Shown here in pieces: positions 11,149 to 24,252 of a stretch of DNA of 64,000 nt. This DNA is from Hypanus sabinus (lineage: Eukaryota). Where the stretch lies: NCBI RefSeq assembly GCF_030144855.1, contig NC_082709.1, forward strand, positions 140,244,001 to 140,308,000, written 5' to 3'. Every line of letters starts with the position of its first letter. Positions within the stretch are counted from its first letter, which is position 1. The notes beneath the pieces are model-generated. The model saw only the letters and a list, made by a program, of their open reading frames with translations, was not told where the DNA came from and searched no databases. Position numbers and translations under genes: made by a program.

Positions 11149-12331
11149 GGAGGGCGTCTTTTTTGTTACTGCACGCAGATTTGGAAGGTGCTGACAGGGG
11201 AAATGGTAGAATCACATATAATCCCTACAGTGATATTTAGGCAGGTAATTAAATATACAAGGCATCAAAGGATTCAAGCCTATTTTGGGCAAATGTGTTG
11301 ACATGGAAAAATGTCAGCATTGACATGAAAACCACAGGGCTATTTCTGTGCTGTACAGTTCTATGCTGTGATAAGAGGTTAGCAATTTGGGTATGAGAAG
11401 TTATAAATCTTTACAATACCCTCTTCAAAGGTTGTGGAAGCTTAGAACATAAATCTATTCAAGACGTGAGACTGAAGCATTTCTGGACGGTAATGGAATC
11501 AGGCAAGATGGCAAGTGGGCCGAACATGGGATGATATATGTGATCAGCCATGATTTTAATGAGCAGCAGAGGAAGCCCCTAATGTCACAGAGAATATTCA
11601 TTTTATTTCTTCTGTGTTCATGTAGGTTAACAGTAGACCCTTGTGGGAGCAGTGACATCAATAGTTAGAGCATGCCTTATGCACATTACCCTATGCTTTT
11701 GAACATCAAGCTTTTGCACATTGATTCGTTTATCAGTCTCAACAATTAATCCATTCTGAAATCATTATTTTAAATAATCTTTCCTGAACACACCTTAGCT
11801 TGGATTTCATACGTATTTCCATTTCAAGTTTCTTTTTAGCAGACTATTTTTTCGGGGGGTCTCAGTGGAATCAATTGGCCAAGTATTTTACTTTAGAATT
11901 CTTCTAGCATACAGTAATGTTCAGGTATATTCCAGGACCAGCATTGTGACTGAAAGGGTTTGTGCCAGATATGATCCCTATTCTCAGGCTGATCGGGAGC
12001 CTCCCTGACTCAGCAGTGGGTCCTGCTGCAGGGTAGCACATCACTCGCACTGACCAGTGTAGTCAGTACCTCGGTGTCACAACATGAATAATAAGAAGTG
12101 CTGATCTATGGGTAAAACATACCTTGTACTTCTCTTTTATGAAATTCTAAATAATAGTAAGTATAATCCAAAACACACCTGGCCTGCTTGAATGACTCCC
12201 CTTGTGGCTGACCTGTGTGCATTAACTCTCACATCTGATAGGATGAGTCCCTGGGAAATGGGTAGTGTAGCCCAGCGATGAGTCACACCCAGCTCCAAAC
12301 TTGACTCATCTTCCTAACGGTATTTTTTCAG

Positions 12332-12400
12332 GGTTTTGCAAGTCTTCTCATTCGCATTCCCCAGCCCGTCATGCAGAGTTTCTCCACTGTTCTGGAGCAG
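12332..12400 (+). CDS. Candidate optional stalk exon (RFCKSSHSHSPARHAEFLHCSGA)
   Basis: Acceptor tattttttcag|, weak donor CAG|gtagca, 69 nt, phase 1-1, open in frame. Confidence 0.25.
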
Positions 12401-12639
12401 GTAGCAAAGATGTGGGAGAATAACTAATCATGCTCAACTTATGACCATTTCCTAATTAGAACACAGAGAAAGGCTTCCACACAATGTTGGGCTAAACTAA
12501 TTAAGCTAAAGTTACCAAATTAAACTAATCTGTACTTTTCTGCTCATGATCCATATCCCTCTTTTCTCTGCCTGTGCTATCACTCTGGGCAGCATTTTCT
12601 AGCAACCCGCCACTCTGGGTAACAATAAACTTTCCTGTG

Positions 12640-13520
12640 CATAGAGTCATAGGGTACTCAAGCACAGAAACAGACTCTTTGGCATATCTAGTCCATGCCG
12701 AGCTATTAATTTGTTGAGTTGTATCAGCCTACAATCTAGGTCGTAGGCCCTAGATCATTGCCCTTCATTGCCCTCCCATCCATGTACCTATCCAAATTAC
12801 TCTTAAATGTTGAAATCAAACTCACATCCACCACTTCCACTGGCAGCTCATTCCACACTGTCACTACCCTCTGAGTGTAGTAGCTCCCCCCATGTGCTCT
12901 TTAAACATTTCACCTTTCACCTTTAACCCATGACCTCAAATTCTAGTCTCACCCAACCGCACCCAAGCGTATCCAACCTGCTTTCAGTTACCCTATCTAT
13001 ACCCCTCAAAATGTTGCATACATTTGTTGTCATAATGTTGCTATCAAATCTTCTCTCATTTTTCTACACTCTAGGGAATAAAGTCCTAACCTAATCAACC
13101 TTTCCTTATTACTCAGGTCCTCAAGTCCTGGCAACAGTTTTCTAAATTTTCTCTGCACTCTTTCAATCTTATTGACGTCTTTCCTGGTAGTAGGTGACCA
13201 ATACTGTACACAACACTCCAAATTAGGCCTCACCAATATCTTAATACAACTTCAATATAACATCCCATCTCCTGTACTCAACAATTTGATCTATGAAAGT
13301 CAACAGGCCAAAAGATTTCTTTATGACCCTATCTACCAGTCACACTATATTGAAAGAATTCTGGATCAGTATTCCCGGATCCCTTTGTTCCACCGCACTC
13401 CTCAGTGCCCTACCACCCACTGCGGTACCCTGGACTTACCCTGGTTTTTCTTCCCAAATTACCTCACACTTGTCTAATTTAAATTCCATCTACCATTTTT
13501 CCCTAGCTTCCCTGGAAGAG
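12640..13520 (-). mobile_element. CR1 LINE 3' end
   Basis: ORF 13030-13236 reads VRPNLECCVQYWSP...IERVQRKF...GLYSLE. Confidence 0.85.
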
Positions 13521-13539
13521 TGTCTGATGATCATGCATC

Positions 13540-16500
13540 ATCTCCAGTGATCATCCTATTTCTGGCCTCACTAGCACATGGCATGGATAGCAATCCTGAG
13601 ATCACAATTCTTGATGTCCTATCATTTCACTTAGCACATAGCTCCTTGAAATCACTTTACAGGGCCTTATCATCCTTCCTACCTATGTCATTGATATTGA
13701 AGTGGACCACAATGTCTGGCTGCTCACTGTCTCAATTAAGAATGTGATGATGAGCACATCTCATTTGAATTTTCGCACACTCACCTTAAAATGCATCTCT
13801 TGAAAATCTACATGAATAACATGATGCCCATTCATGTTTCTCATTAATTTCTCAAAGGAGGTGATGATTTTGAGAGAACAAAGACAGAAGATAAAGAATG
13901 GAGTACAGAAGCAAAGTTCAACCTATCCCACCATCTCAAAAACAATGGATCTAAAGGTAAAAATGATAGGTTTCAATGAGATCCTCACTCATTCTACAGA
14001 ACCCTAGTGAGTAAAGGCCCAGAGCCATCAAGCACTCCTCATATGATAAGCCTTTCAATCCCAGAATCATTTTGTGAACTTCCTTTGAACCCTCTCCAAT
14101 GCAGGCACATCTTTTCTTAGATAAGGGGCCCAAACTACTCACAATACTCCAAGTCAGGTCTCATCAGTGCTTTATAAAGCCCCAACGTTACATCCTTACT
14201 TTTATATTCTGGTCATCTTAAAGTGAATGCTAACATTCTATGTGCCTTCTCCACACTGACTCAATATCCTAATCTTTAGGGAATCTTGCATGAGGGCTCC
14301 CAAGTCCCTTTGCACCTCAGATGTCAAAGTGCATGGCAGTACACTTCATCTGCCACTTCTTTGCCCATTCTCCTAATCTAAGTCCTTCTGTAGTCTCTCT
14401 GCTTCCTCAATTCTACCTCGTCCTCCACCTATCTTTTTATTGTATGCAAACTTGGCCACCAAGCCAACAATTCCATCACCCAAACCATTGATATATAATG
14501 TTAAATGTAGTGGTCCCAACACAGACCACAGTGGAATACCTCTAGTCACTATCAGCCATCCAGAAAAGGTTCCCTTTATTCCCACTCTTTGCCTCCTGCC
14601 CATCAGCCAATCTTCTGGTTCATGCTAATATCTTTCCAATAATGCCATAGGTTCTTATCTTGTTAAGCAGCCTCCTGTGTTGCACTTAACATCTGAAATC
14701 CAAGTTCACAACATCCTTTGTCTAACCTGCTTGTTATTTCTTCAAAGAATTCTGACTGATTTTTCAGGCAATATTTTCCCAATATTTCCATGCTAACTTC
14801 AGCCTATTTTAGCATGTGCCTTAATATACCCTGAAACCACATCCTTAACAATTGACTCCAATAACTTTCCACCCACTGAGAACAGACTAACTGGCCTATA
14901 ATTTCCTTTCTTCGGCCTCTCTCCTTTCTTGAAGAGTGGAGTGACAATTGCAATTTTCCGGTCCTCTGGAACCATGCCAGAAATTAGAGATTCTTGAAAG
15001 ATCATTACTAATGCCTTCACAATCTCTTCAGCCTTGTCTTCTGAACCCTGGGATGTAGACCATCTGGTCCAGGAGACTTAGCAAATTTCAGAACTTTCAG
15101 TTTCCCAAGCACCTTCTCCTTAGTAATGGCGACTTCAGTCATCTCTGCCCCCTGACACTCTCACACTTCCAGCATACTGTTTGCCTCTTCCACAGGGAAG
15201 ACTGATCCAAAAATACTTATTCAGTTTATCTGTAATTTCTTTCTCCTCCTTTACTTCCTCCTCAGCATAAGTTTCCAGAAGTTGATACCTACTCTCACCT
15301 CTCTTTTACACTTTATATACTGTATCTGAAGAAGCCTTTGGTTTCCCCTTTAATTTTGTTGGATAGCTTGCCCTTGTATTCCATCTTTACTTTCTTTATG
15401 ACTTTCTTAGTTACCTACTGTTGGTTTTTAAAAGTTTCCAAATCCTCGAACTTCTGACTAATTTTTGCTTTATTTCATGCACTCTCTTTGGCTTTTATGT
15501 TAGCTTTGACTTCCCTTGTCAGCCATGGATGCATCATTGTGCCTATAGAATACTCCTTTCTTTGGGATGTATCCATCTTGTGCCTTTTGAATTGCTCCCA
15601 GAAATTTCAGGCATTGCTGTTCTGCCATCATCCCTGTTAGTGTCCCCTTCCAATAAATTTTGGCCAGCTCCTCTCCCATGCCTTTGTAGTTCCCCTCCAA
15701 TTTAATTCTGATACGTCTGACTTTAGCTTCTCCTTCTTAAACTGCAGGGTAAATTCTATCATATTATGATCACTGTCTCCTAAGGGTTCCTTTACCTTAA
15801 GCACTCTAATCAATTCTAGTTCATTGCACAATTCCCAATCCAGAACAGCTGCTCCCCTAGTGGGATGAACCATGAGCTGCTTTAAAAAGCTGCATTGTAG
15901 GCATTCTACAAGTTGCCCTGTAGGCATTCTACAAGTCACCCCTCTTTGGACCAGCATCACCCTGATTTCCCCATTTTACCTGCATATTGAAATCCCCCAT
16001 GACTATTGTAACATTGCCCTTTTGACCTGCATTTTTTAAAATCTCCCATTGTAACCTGTAGACCACATATTTGCTGCTGTTTGGTTGACCGTGAACAACT
16101 TCCATCAGGTTCTGTTTACCCTTGCAGATTCTTAACTCTACCGATAATGATTCTACACTTTCTGATCCTACGTCACTTCTTTCCAATAATTTGATTTCTA
16201 TTTCTTTTTAATCATCTGAGCCACACCACCCCCTCTGCCTACCTGTCTATCCTTTCAGTACATTGTGTATTCTTGGACTTTAAGCTCCCAGCTATAATCT
16301 TCTTCCGGCCACAATTCAGTGATGCCTACAATGTCATACATTTCAATCTGTAGCTGTGCTGGAAGTTCCTTATTCTGTATACAGTATGCATTCAAATATA
16401 ACACCTTCAGTCCTGTATTCAACACCCTTTTTGATTTTGTCACACTTTTATGTTGCAACTCTTCCCATTGATTGCAATTTTGCCCTAGCATCAGCCTGTC

Positions 16501-16920
16501 TTAGCGAGCCGTCTCATTACATACTGCCTCTGTTTGTAAACCAACCACCCCATCCTCAGTCCTATCACTCTGGTTCCTATCCCCTGTCAAATTAGTTTAA
16601 ATCCTCCTGAATAGCTCTAGCAAACCTGCCTGAAAGGACATTGGTCCCCCTCAGGTTCAGGTGTAACCTCTCCCCTTTGTACGGCTTGTACCTTCCTTCG
16701 AGGAGATCCCAATGATCCAGAAATCTGAACCTCTGCCCCTGCACTAATCCCTCAGCCACACATTCATCTGCCAAATTGTCCTATTCTTACTCTCACTGGG
16801 GCATGACATAGGCAGCAATTCAGTGATTACTACCCAGGAGGTCCTGCTTTCTACCTGGCTCTGTAAAATCACTCATCTTCAACTGGGAGAGGAATTTGGG
16901 GAGATAAATTTGGAGAGATA
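13540..16920 (-). mobile_element. Long decayed CR1 LINE (ORF1 esterase remnant, ORF2 EN-RT)
   Basis: FRFLDHWD...RLHLNLRGTNVL (SGNH-esterase-type ORF1, 16592-16774), KVLYLNAYCIQNK (EN), KKGNYRPVSL and GIPLWSVLGP (RT); many stops. Confidence 0.88.
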
Positions 16921-17517
16921 TTGTGGGTATTCTACCACACCTGTGTGATGCTCAGTGCTATTGCGTTAGAGTAGAACTCCAATAACCTGCTGTTTCCCAC
17001 ACTCCCTTTAAATTTACCGAGGGACTCATTTCCGATGATCCCTTTAAATCTACCAGGATCCTGTGCTCCCTTTAAACTACCACTCAGTTTCCCATGCTCC
17101 CTAGAAACTCAAAAATTCACTGGAAAATTTATACTACCATGTTACAGCTGAACAGTGTGAATAATGTATACTGGGGTGTTAATGGGAATATCAATCAGGT
17201 CTCTAAACAGTCCACAAACTCATGAACACAAAGTTATTCCCCTTTTGAACTATTTATTTGTTTTATGTTTTTATTGCAACATATAGTAACATTTTAATGT
17301 CTTGCATGGTACTGCTGCCACAAACAATAAATATCACAACATGCAACAATGTTTCTGATTTTGATTTAACTTCCAATAGTCCAGAAAGTCTGCCAATTCA
17401 ATGCAACCAAAATTGAGAGTGTCAGATTGCCAGAGCTGTATTTAATCTCTTGAATGAATTTTTTACTGATATGATGTATTTTAATCAAAAATTTTCATCA
17501 ATTATCTTCTTTCATAG

Positions 17518-17637
17518 GTCACACTTCAGCAAATTGTGTTTACATCGGCATACTTGCTGGAATGGCAACAGGATTGCTGATCATCGTTTTAGTGTGGGCT
17601 GTTCTGAAGTGTTATAAGACAAAGTCAAGCAGGCAAG
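17518..17637 (+). CDS. Transmembrane exon of the Ig receptor (SHTSANCVYIGILAGMATGLLIIVLVWAVLKCYKTKSSRQ)
   Basis: Acceptor ttatcttctttcatag|, donor CAAG|gtaaaa, 120 nt, phase 1-1, in frame with the V exon; 23-residue hydrophobic stretch followed by basic stop-transfer residues. Confidence 0.88.
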
Positions 17638-18149
17638 GTAAAATAAAAGCCATGTTGCTCTGTTATTAAGAGAAAGATTTATTCTATACTAAATACAAAC
17701 TAAAGACTCAGCAATACATAAAGGATCAATTACATCTAGATTTAAAAATAAAATAGAAATGCAAAAAAATTGATATCTGTGTAACACATTCTATTGGTAG
17801 ATTTCTGTAAGAATTCATCAAGTTCACTAATGTCCTTCATTGAAAAAAAAACAGTTATTCACATCTGGCCTGTAAGAATTCCAGTGTTGGCCCTTAACTG
17901 GCTCTTGTAGTGAACTGGCAAGGCAGTGCATCTAATAGATGATGAAATAGTTGAGGAGAAACTCCAGTCCCATTATCCTGTAAGAATTAATAACAACTAC
18001 GGTCTGATGTTCAGGTCTTGGGATAAGTTAAATAAATGATCTGCAAATTAGTAATATAATTTCTGCCTTAATATAAACAATTTAACCCTAAGACCACACT
18101 TTTCACTTTATTCCTAAGCAGTCAGTTATAATTAGTTTGATGTAACAAC

Positions 18150-18395
18150 GAAGATTTTTATTTATTTAGAGATACAGCTTAACAACAGGCCAAACCACCC
18201 AATTACACCCACCTGACCAATTAACCTTCCAATCTGTAGTTCTTTGGAATGTGGGAGGAAACTGGAGCATCACAGGAAACCCACATGGCCACAGGGAGAA
18301 TGTTGAAACTCCTTATAGACAGCGGTGTGAATTGAACCCCGGTCACTGGTGGTGCAATCGTGTTACACTAACCTCAACACTACTGTGCTGCCATG
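18150..18395 (-). mobile_element. tRNA-derived V-SINE/HE1-like SINE
   Basis: Reverse complement has a ggcagcacagtagtg head, B-box-like ggttcaattc, and the V-domain-like tctccctgtggccatgtgggtttcc...gctccagtttcctccca. Confidence 0.7.
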
Positions 18396-19390
18396 AAAGG
18401 CGGTTTCCTGAAATGGTTTAAACATGAATAACTGGGTCATGAGATTTTTTTTTAACTGTTCTCCTAACATGGGTGGAAAATTTGTGGAAAAGTCCCCAGG
18501 AGATAACATCTCAATGTTTAAAAGAAACAAATGTGCTTCTATTTAGTAGGAATATCCTACTTTCTCTGTGTCGGTTTTTGGGTCTCAATAACAATTACAT
18601 GATAAAAGCGCTAAATAGAAAAATATTTGTTTCTTTTAAACATTGAGATGTTATCTCCTGGGGACTTTTCCACACATTTTTCTCCTATGTTAGGGGAACA
18701 GTAAATAAGGTGGAAGAAGTGACGTTAAAATAATAAATGCATTAGATTGAAAGAAATCATATTCAGATCAGATATTTAACTGTTAGCAAAATCATTTTGA
18801 CAATAGACAGGTGTGATTGCATTGGGATGAATGAACAGTGTTGCCTTTAAAATCAAAGATCAAATAAATGCAAGTGCTAGAAATGAAAGCAAAAATATGA
18901 TGATAACAATCAACTCTTCAGGTTTTAATGAAGTGTCTTTGACCTGAGATAGTAATACTGGTTTTCTTTTCCAAGCGTGGCCTGACCTACTTATGGTTTC
19001 CAGCATTGTCTTTTTTCATTACCACTTTAGTAGATGTGTGAGAATGTCATTGTTGGTTGTGTCTACCCAATCTAACTGCATGGAGAATCCAGCAACATTT
19101 TAGCATATCCCAGTAACCATTAAAGATAACTGAAGATGCTATTGACTTTGAAAACTGAAACAGAGGTTTCTAATTTTGATCCTGCAGAATTTTATATTAT
19201 TAACAAGTACATCAGTAATGAATTAGAAGTAATAGTCACTTCAGTTTATTGATAATAAATTTGGTTGTTGTGTAATATTGGAAAATATAGAACACATCAT
19301 AGATTTCAACCACAGACATCTCTTGGGCGGAAAAACCACAAGAACGTTCAACGTTTATTTTTACATGATATTCTTTACATTGCTGTGCAG

Positions 19391-19404
19391 ATATGGAAGT
19401 CTAG
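19391..19404 (+). CDS. Candidate proximal terminal exon (DMEV*)
   Basis: Acceptor ttctttacattgctgtgcag|, phase 1, TAG at 19402-19404, AATAAA at 19605-19610. Confidence 0.35.
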
Positions 19405-19719
19405 CAATGACCCCACATCTATACAAAGGAATGGACTATAAAGGATGGCGTGCAATACAGAAGTCAATTCTGTGAATGATTCATACAGAGAATATGAAAT
19501 AACTCATTCTATCAATTTCTGAACAAGTAAATGTCATAAAGAAAATTTAGGTAATACCAGTATGTGAACCAGTATCAGTGCTAAAGACAAAACAATTTCC
19601 TTTGAATAAATACAGCTTAACTTATGTACAATCTTGGCACTCCTACTAACCTAATATAATGTAAACAATATATTCACTTCAGGAAGCATAGCGTTTCTGG
19701 AACACCTTTATAAGTTACA

Positions 19720-21480
19720 CAAGCACAGTCAAGACTTATTGTCCCTGAAGCTCCAAGCTGTTAAAGGCTTAACATGCCTAACTAAACAAATTGCCTCTGC
19801 CTACACAATGTCCATATCCTTCTATTTTCTCCACATTCATGTGCCTATCCGAGAGCATCTTGAACATCTCTGTTGTATTTGCCTTTACCACCACCACTAT
19901 CACCTCACACCATCGTAAAAATAACTTACCCCACCCATCCCCTTTGAATTTACCCTTTCTCACCTTAAATGAGTGATCTCTGGTATTAAAGATTTCAACC
20001 TGAGAAAAATATACCAGCTCTATATCTATGTCTCTCAAGCTTATCTACGTTTAGCCAAGGTACCAGTACAGATCCCTGCAGAACACCACAAGTCACAGAA
20101 CTCTACCGAATAAATCACATCAGCCACTGACTTGCCCTTAATAAAACCATGCTGATTATATCTAATTCAGTCATGGTTTTCCAATTACTCATAGATACTA
20201 CCCTGAAGAATCATTTCAGTAACTTCCTTACCACTGACGTGAGACTCATCAGTCTATAGTTTCCAGGATTAACCCCATTTCCCTTAAAAATGGAACAACA
20301 TCAGTGACTTGCCAGTCCTCTGGGGCCTTGCCTGTGGTTAGACAGAACAAAAGTATTGGTCAAAGCCCCAGAGGTGTCTTCTCTTGCTCTTTCAATAACC
20401 AGGGATATATTCCAATAGGCTCTGGAGACTTATCTGCCTTAATGCTATTAAGAGACCCAACACTACATCTTTTATCTTGAAACACCTTTGCAAGTTAGCA
20501 CAACCCATACAGCTCACTCTATCCTCCACATCCTTCTCCTTGATAAATACTGATGCAAAGTACTCTTTTAGGACCTCACCCACATCCTCCACCTCCAAGC
20601 ACATGTTCCCTCCTTTATCCTTGTGTGATCCTACCCACACCCTCTTTAGCCCCTTGCTCTTGATGTATAGAATGTTATGGGACTGTCTTTAATCTAACTT
20701 ACCCAAGCACCTTTCATGGCCTCACTTGGCTTTCTTAGTTATCTTTTCTGGCTTTGTTATAATCCTCAATGGTTCTGTTTGGAATTTAGCTACCCAACCC
20801 TTACATGTGCTTCCTTTCTCTTCCACTAGGCCATGTGGAAGAGGCTACCATTATGCCCCTTTGAATGCAGCTGTGCTATTGCCCCTGATTAATAGCATTG
20901 CTTCCCTGCCATCCACTCCCCACATGCCCCACTTTTTACTCCCAGATCTATCTTTTCTAAAACATTAAAACCCTGGAACATTAGGCACCCATTGATCTCC
21001 CTCTCTCAACCAAGTTTCTGCTACAGCCACAACATCAGTTCCATGTACTGATCCATGTACTAAATTCATTACCCTTGCTCATAATATTTCCAGCAGCAAA
21101 ATGTACAAAATTGCAACCCATCTGTCCAATTGTGTCTATCACTCTGCTCCTGCCTCTTCCTGACATCTACCTTTCTCGCAGTTCTTCTACTTTCTGATCT
21201 GGTGCTCTGCTCTCCACCCTTGCCAAAGTAGTTTAACTCCCTCCAAGGAGCACAGATGAACCTCCCAGTCAGAATATTGACTCCCATGCAGTTAAGGTGC
21301 AGTCTATCTCTCTTATCAAGGTCACCCCTGCCCCTGAGGAGGTTCCAATAATCCATTCTAGACTGCAGCATCCAGGAGGCAACACATGCCATGCTGTCTC
21401 TTTCACAGCCACAGAGTGAGTGAGTCTGTCCCCTTAACAAGTCTTCCATCACTATTGCCACAAAATGGCCACTCCACTTA
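19720..21480 (-). mobile_element. Composite CR1 LINE fragments including an ORF1 esterase remnant
   Basis: HSFKVRKGKFKGD (3' end), EVLKEYFASVF (ORF2), DYWNLLRGRGDLDKRDRLHLN (ORF1). Confidence 0.8.
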
Positions 21481-23937
21481 TGCTAGCTTTTTTTACTGTC
21501 TGCTGCTAATTACCTTATTAGCCAATCAAGTATTAACTATCAATTTACAAATGTGCCTCTTTTTGGGTCCTTTTAAGCAAGTCCTGAGACATACTTCTTT
21601 TAAAGTGATACAACTGAAATTGACCAGAAGGTAGATACTCTGGAATCTTCAGGCAGAATCTACTTTCATTCTTTACCGCATATAGCAAGCCACTGACACG
21701 GTGTTCCAAGGCTATTGAGGGAAACAGATATTAGGAATGAACACTCATAGATACACTTCTGGAGCTTTAAAAAATAAAATTGGTCCAGGGCAGATATCAA
21801 AGCATCAAAATCTTGGACTATATTGCCACTGAAATGGAAATTTAGAAAGCAAGCTGGATAAGAGCTTAAGAGGAGCTACTCTGACTGAGTTTCAATGTCA
21901 AATAGTAATGATAATAATTCACCCACAGCCAAGCTACAGCAGTTGCCAAAACAACCATCTTACCTGAGTTACAATTAGTTATTTGGATTTTTTCGTTTTG
22001 GTATTCTTTTGATTTTCAAATATTCGACATTGGCATTTATTTTTTTTAAACAAATACTTCACATTTGGTCTTTTTTTTTTGAAAATTTTCCAGACAGTAC
22101 ATCTTCAAGTGTCATACCTAGGCACTCTTTGTATTCCCCCATTGGTATGAAGGCTCCCACCAGATAATTTCTCACATCTCCAAATTTCAGTGGTTTCCAC
22201 TATCAGATCAAGACCCAACTCCCAGATTTAAACATAGTTTTCACATTGAGCTAAGCAGGCATAAAATGAAATTGGAAGTGTTAAGGATTAGTCTGAGAAA
22301 CGGTCCTCATTTTTTAACCACACCCCTCTCTCAGCTGATGGAAAGAGAAGACAGGAAAAGACCTGATGATCTGATGCCAAGAACAAGGAGTTGCCCACTT
22401 AAGGTAAAGAGGAACAGGAATTTATTTTCTTAGAAAGCTGTAACTCTTTGGACTTCTCAGCACCAGAGAGTAGTGGGGGTTGACAAGCTGTTTGCTCTTT
22501 ACTAAGCTGTTGTCAGTGCCACGTCAAATTAGTACTATCTGCACTTTTAAAAAAACTAATGGACTTGCTGATGGCACTTCCTTTAAGATAACACAGCCGA
22601 TAAACATATAGATTTATAAAAACATAAGAAGTGTAACAGGATTAAGCCACATAGCCCTGTGACCTGCTTGACCTTTCAGTAGAGTATTGACATCAGATCT
22701 CTGCCTGTTCACCATTGCCCAAAGGCCAGTAACCTCTCCAGCTCAAACTCCAATATATTCAATCTTTACTGCTCTCACTGGGGGAGAGAATTTGCAAGAT
22801 TTTCAGCACTTCAGGAGAGGACATTTAACACTTTTAACCTTGTTCTGGAAGTTTGCAAGTTTTAGATTTCCACACAAAGAAAAACACATCAAGCAAACAT
22901 ACCTTTTTAAATATGGAAAGCAAAACTAGAAGTAGTGCTCCAGGCATGCTCTTTCAAGCACCCAGTGGAATTTCAACAAAAATTCCCTACCTTTACATTC
23001 CATTCGCTTTGCAATAAAGATTAACTTTCCATTAGCCTCCCTAATCACTTCCTGTACCTACAAGTTAATTTTGTAGAATAGCCAAATCGCTATGAAGAGT
23101 GATGCTCTGGGTTCTATTTAAACAGTAATATTCTGCAAAAGTGAACAACCATGTCATACAAACTTTTGCTGACTCATTCATCCCAGCATTTATCTTTGCA
23201 GACTCTTTGCATCCCTTTATATCACCAGTAAATTTTACTCCAGTATAGACCCTTTATCCAAGAGATTATTAAAAATTACAAATAGGTGAGACCCCAGCAA
23301 TTAACTCTGTGGCAGATGCTTTTAGTTAAAGTTTTCAAAGCTGATACTGAAGTGATGATTCATTTGTCCACTCTTTCTACTTTGTGTTGAGTCAACATTC
23401 TATTACCCTGCTGCAGTCTTGTTCCCACTTCCATCATTTTTCATTTTGTGCAGTGGAGGTTGACAAATATTTGCTCTTTGCTAAGCTGGTGTCAGTGCTA
23501 AGTCAAATTATTAGAATCTGCACTTTAAAAAAGAAAACTAATCGACTTACATTACGATAACACAACCAATAAACTTTATATATATATTCTTGGAAACATA
23601 TGCAGCAACCATATAAGAAGCACAAAAAATTATTTTACATCTATTTGTTCCAATTAATCTACTCTGCTTATTGTATTCACAAAGTCTAAATGGATTGCAA
23701 CATCTTCCCAAAGATGGATGTGACCATCTGTCTTGAAGTCCAGTGCTGATGCCACTACTCCACCAGCTGGCCGCTACGGTGTCATTTCCAGTCAGTTGGA
23801 ACATTTCCAGAATTAGTTATGTGCTTTTAGCAATTAAATTACTGGCCAAGCATCAAGATTTAAAGGCTTGAAATTGAATCCATAATACAGGTGTAAAATT
23901 CAAATGCAAGTAATTAACCAAATCTTCTTGAAAACAG

Positions 23938-23972
23938 AATCAGAAGTGGTGGCTGTGAAAGTACCAGACTGA
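23938..23972 (+). CDS. Candidate alternative terminal exon (ESEVVAVKVPD*)
   Basis: Acceptor aatcttcttgaaaacag|, phase 1, TGA at 23970-23972, AATAAA at 23973-23978. Confidence 0.2.
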
Positions 23973-24252
23973 AATAAAAATGCTTCTGGTTCACTGGTGA
24001 CCTCGAGGAATGTTAAATTCCTCTTCAATTTAGAGTAATTAAGGGTGCACTGTACATGCTGCTCATCGTGGTGAGGTTATATGCCTTGAATTAATAAATT
24101 TTAGGAAAATTTGGGAATTTTGGAAGAACACTTTTGATACTGCAGCTTTTCATTTAGTCCACTCTGTCTATGCGAACTACTAAGTATTCAGCTCTACTAT
24201 TCCCAATTACCAGCACTTAGTCCATGAATTTCTATGTGTTGATGATTTAAAT

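Noticed and set aside
11908-11924. Micro-exon-like segment reading TYSNVQ
   Set aside because: Lies upstream of the TM exon, so cannot be a cytoplasmic motif; phase 1-0 would break the frame.
2457-15935. 22-23-bp tandem duplications at ~2457-2500 and ~15896-15935
   Set aside because: Simple slippage duplications inside dead CR1 copies; no indication of function.
8057-17517. Expected second (C2) Ig-domain exon
   Set aside because: No + strand ORF with C...W...C spacing in the ORF track or in the non-repetitive parts of this intron; a very diverged exon cannot be fully excluded.
22335-22403. 69-nt segment with good acceptor and donor
   Set aside because: Stop codon in the required phase-1 frame, and it runs into CR1 3'-end sequence.
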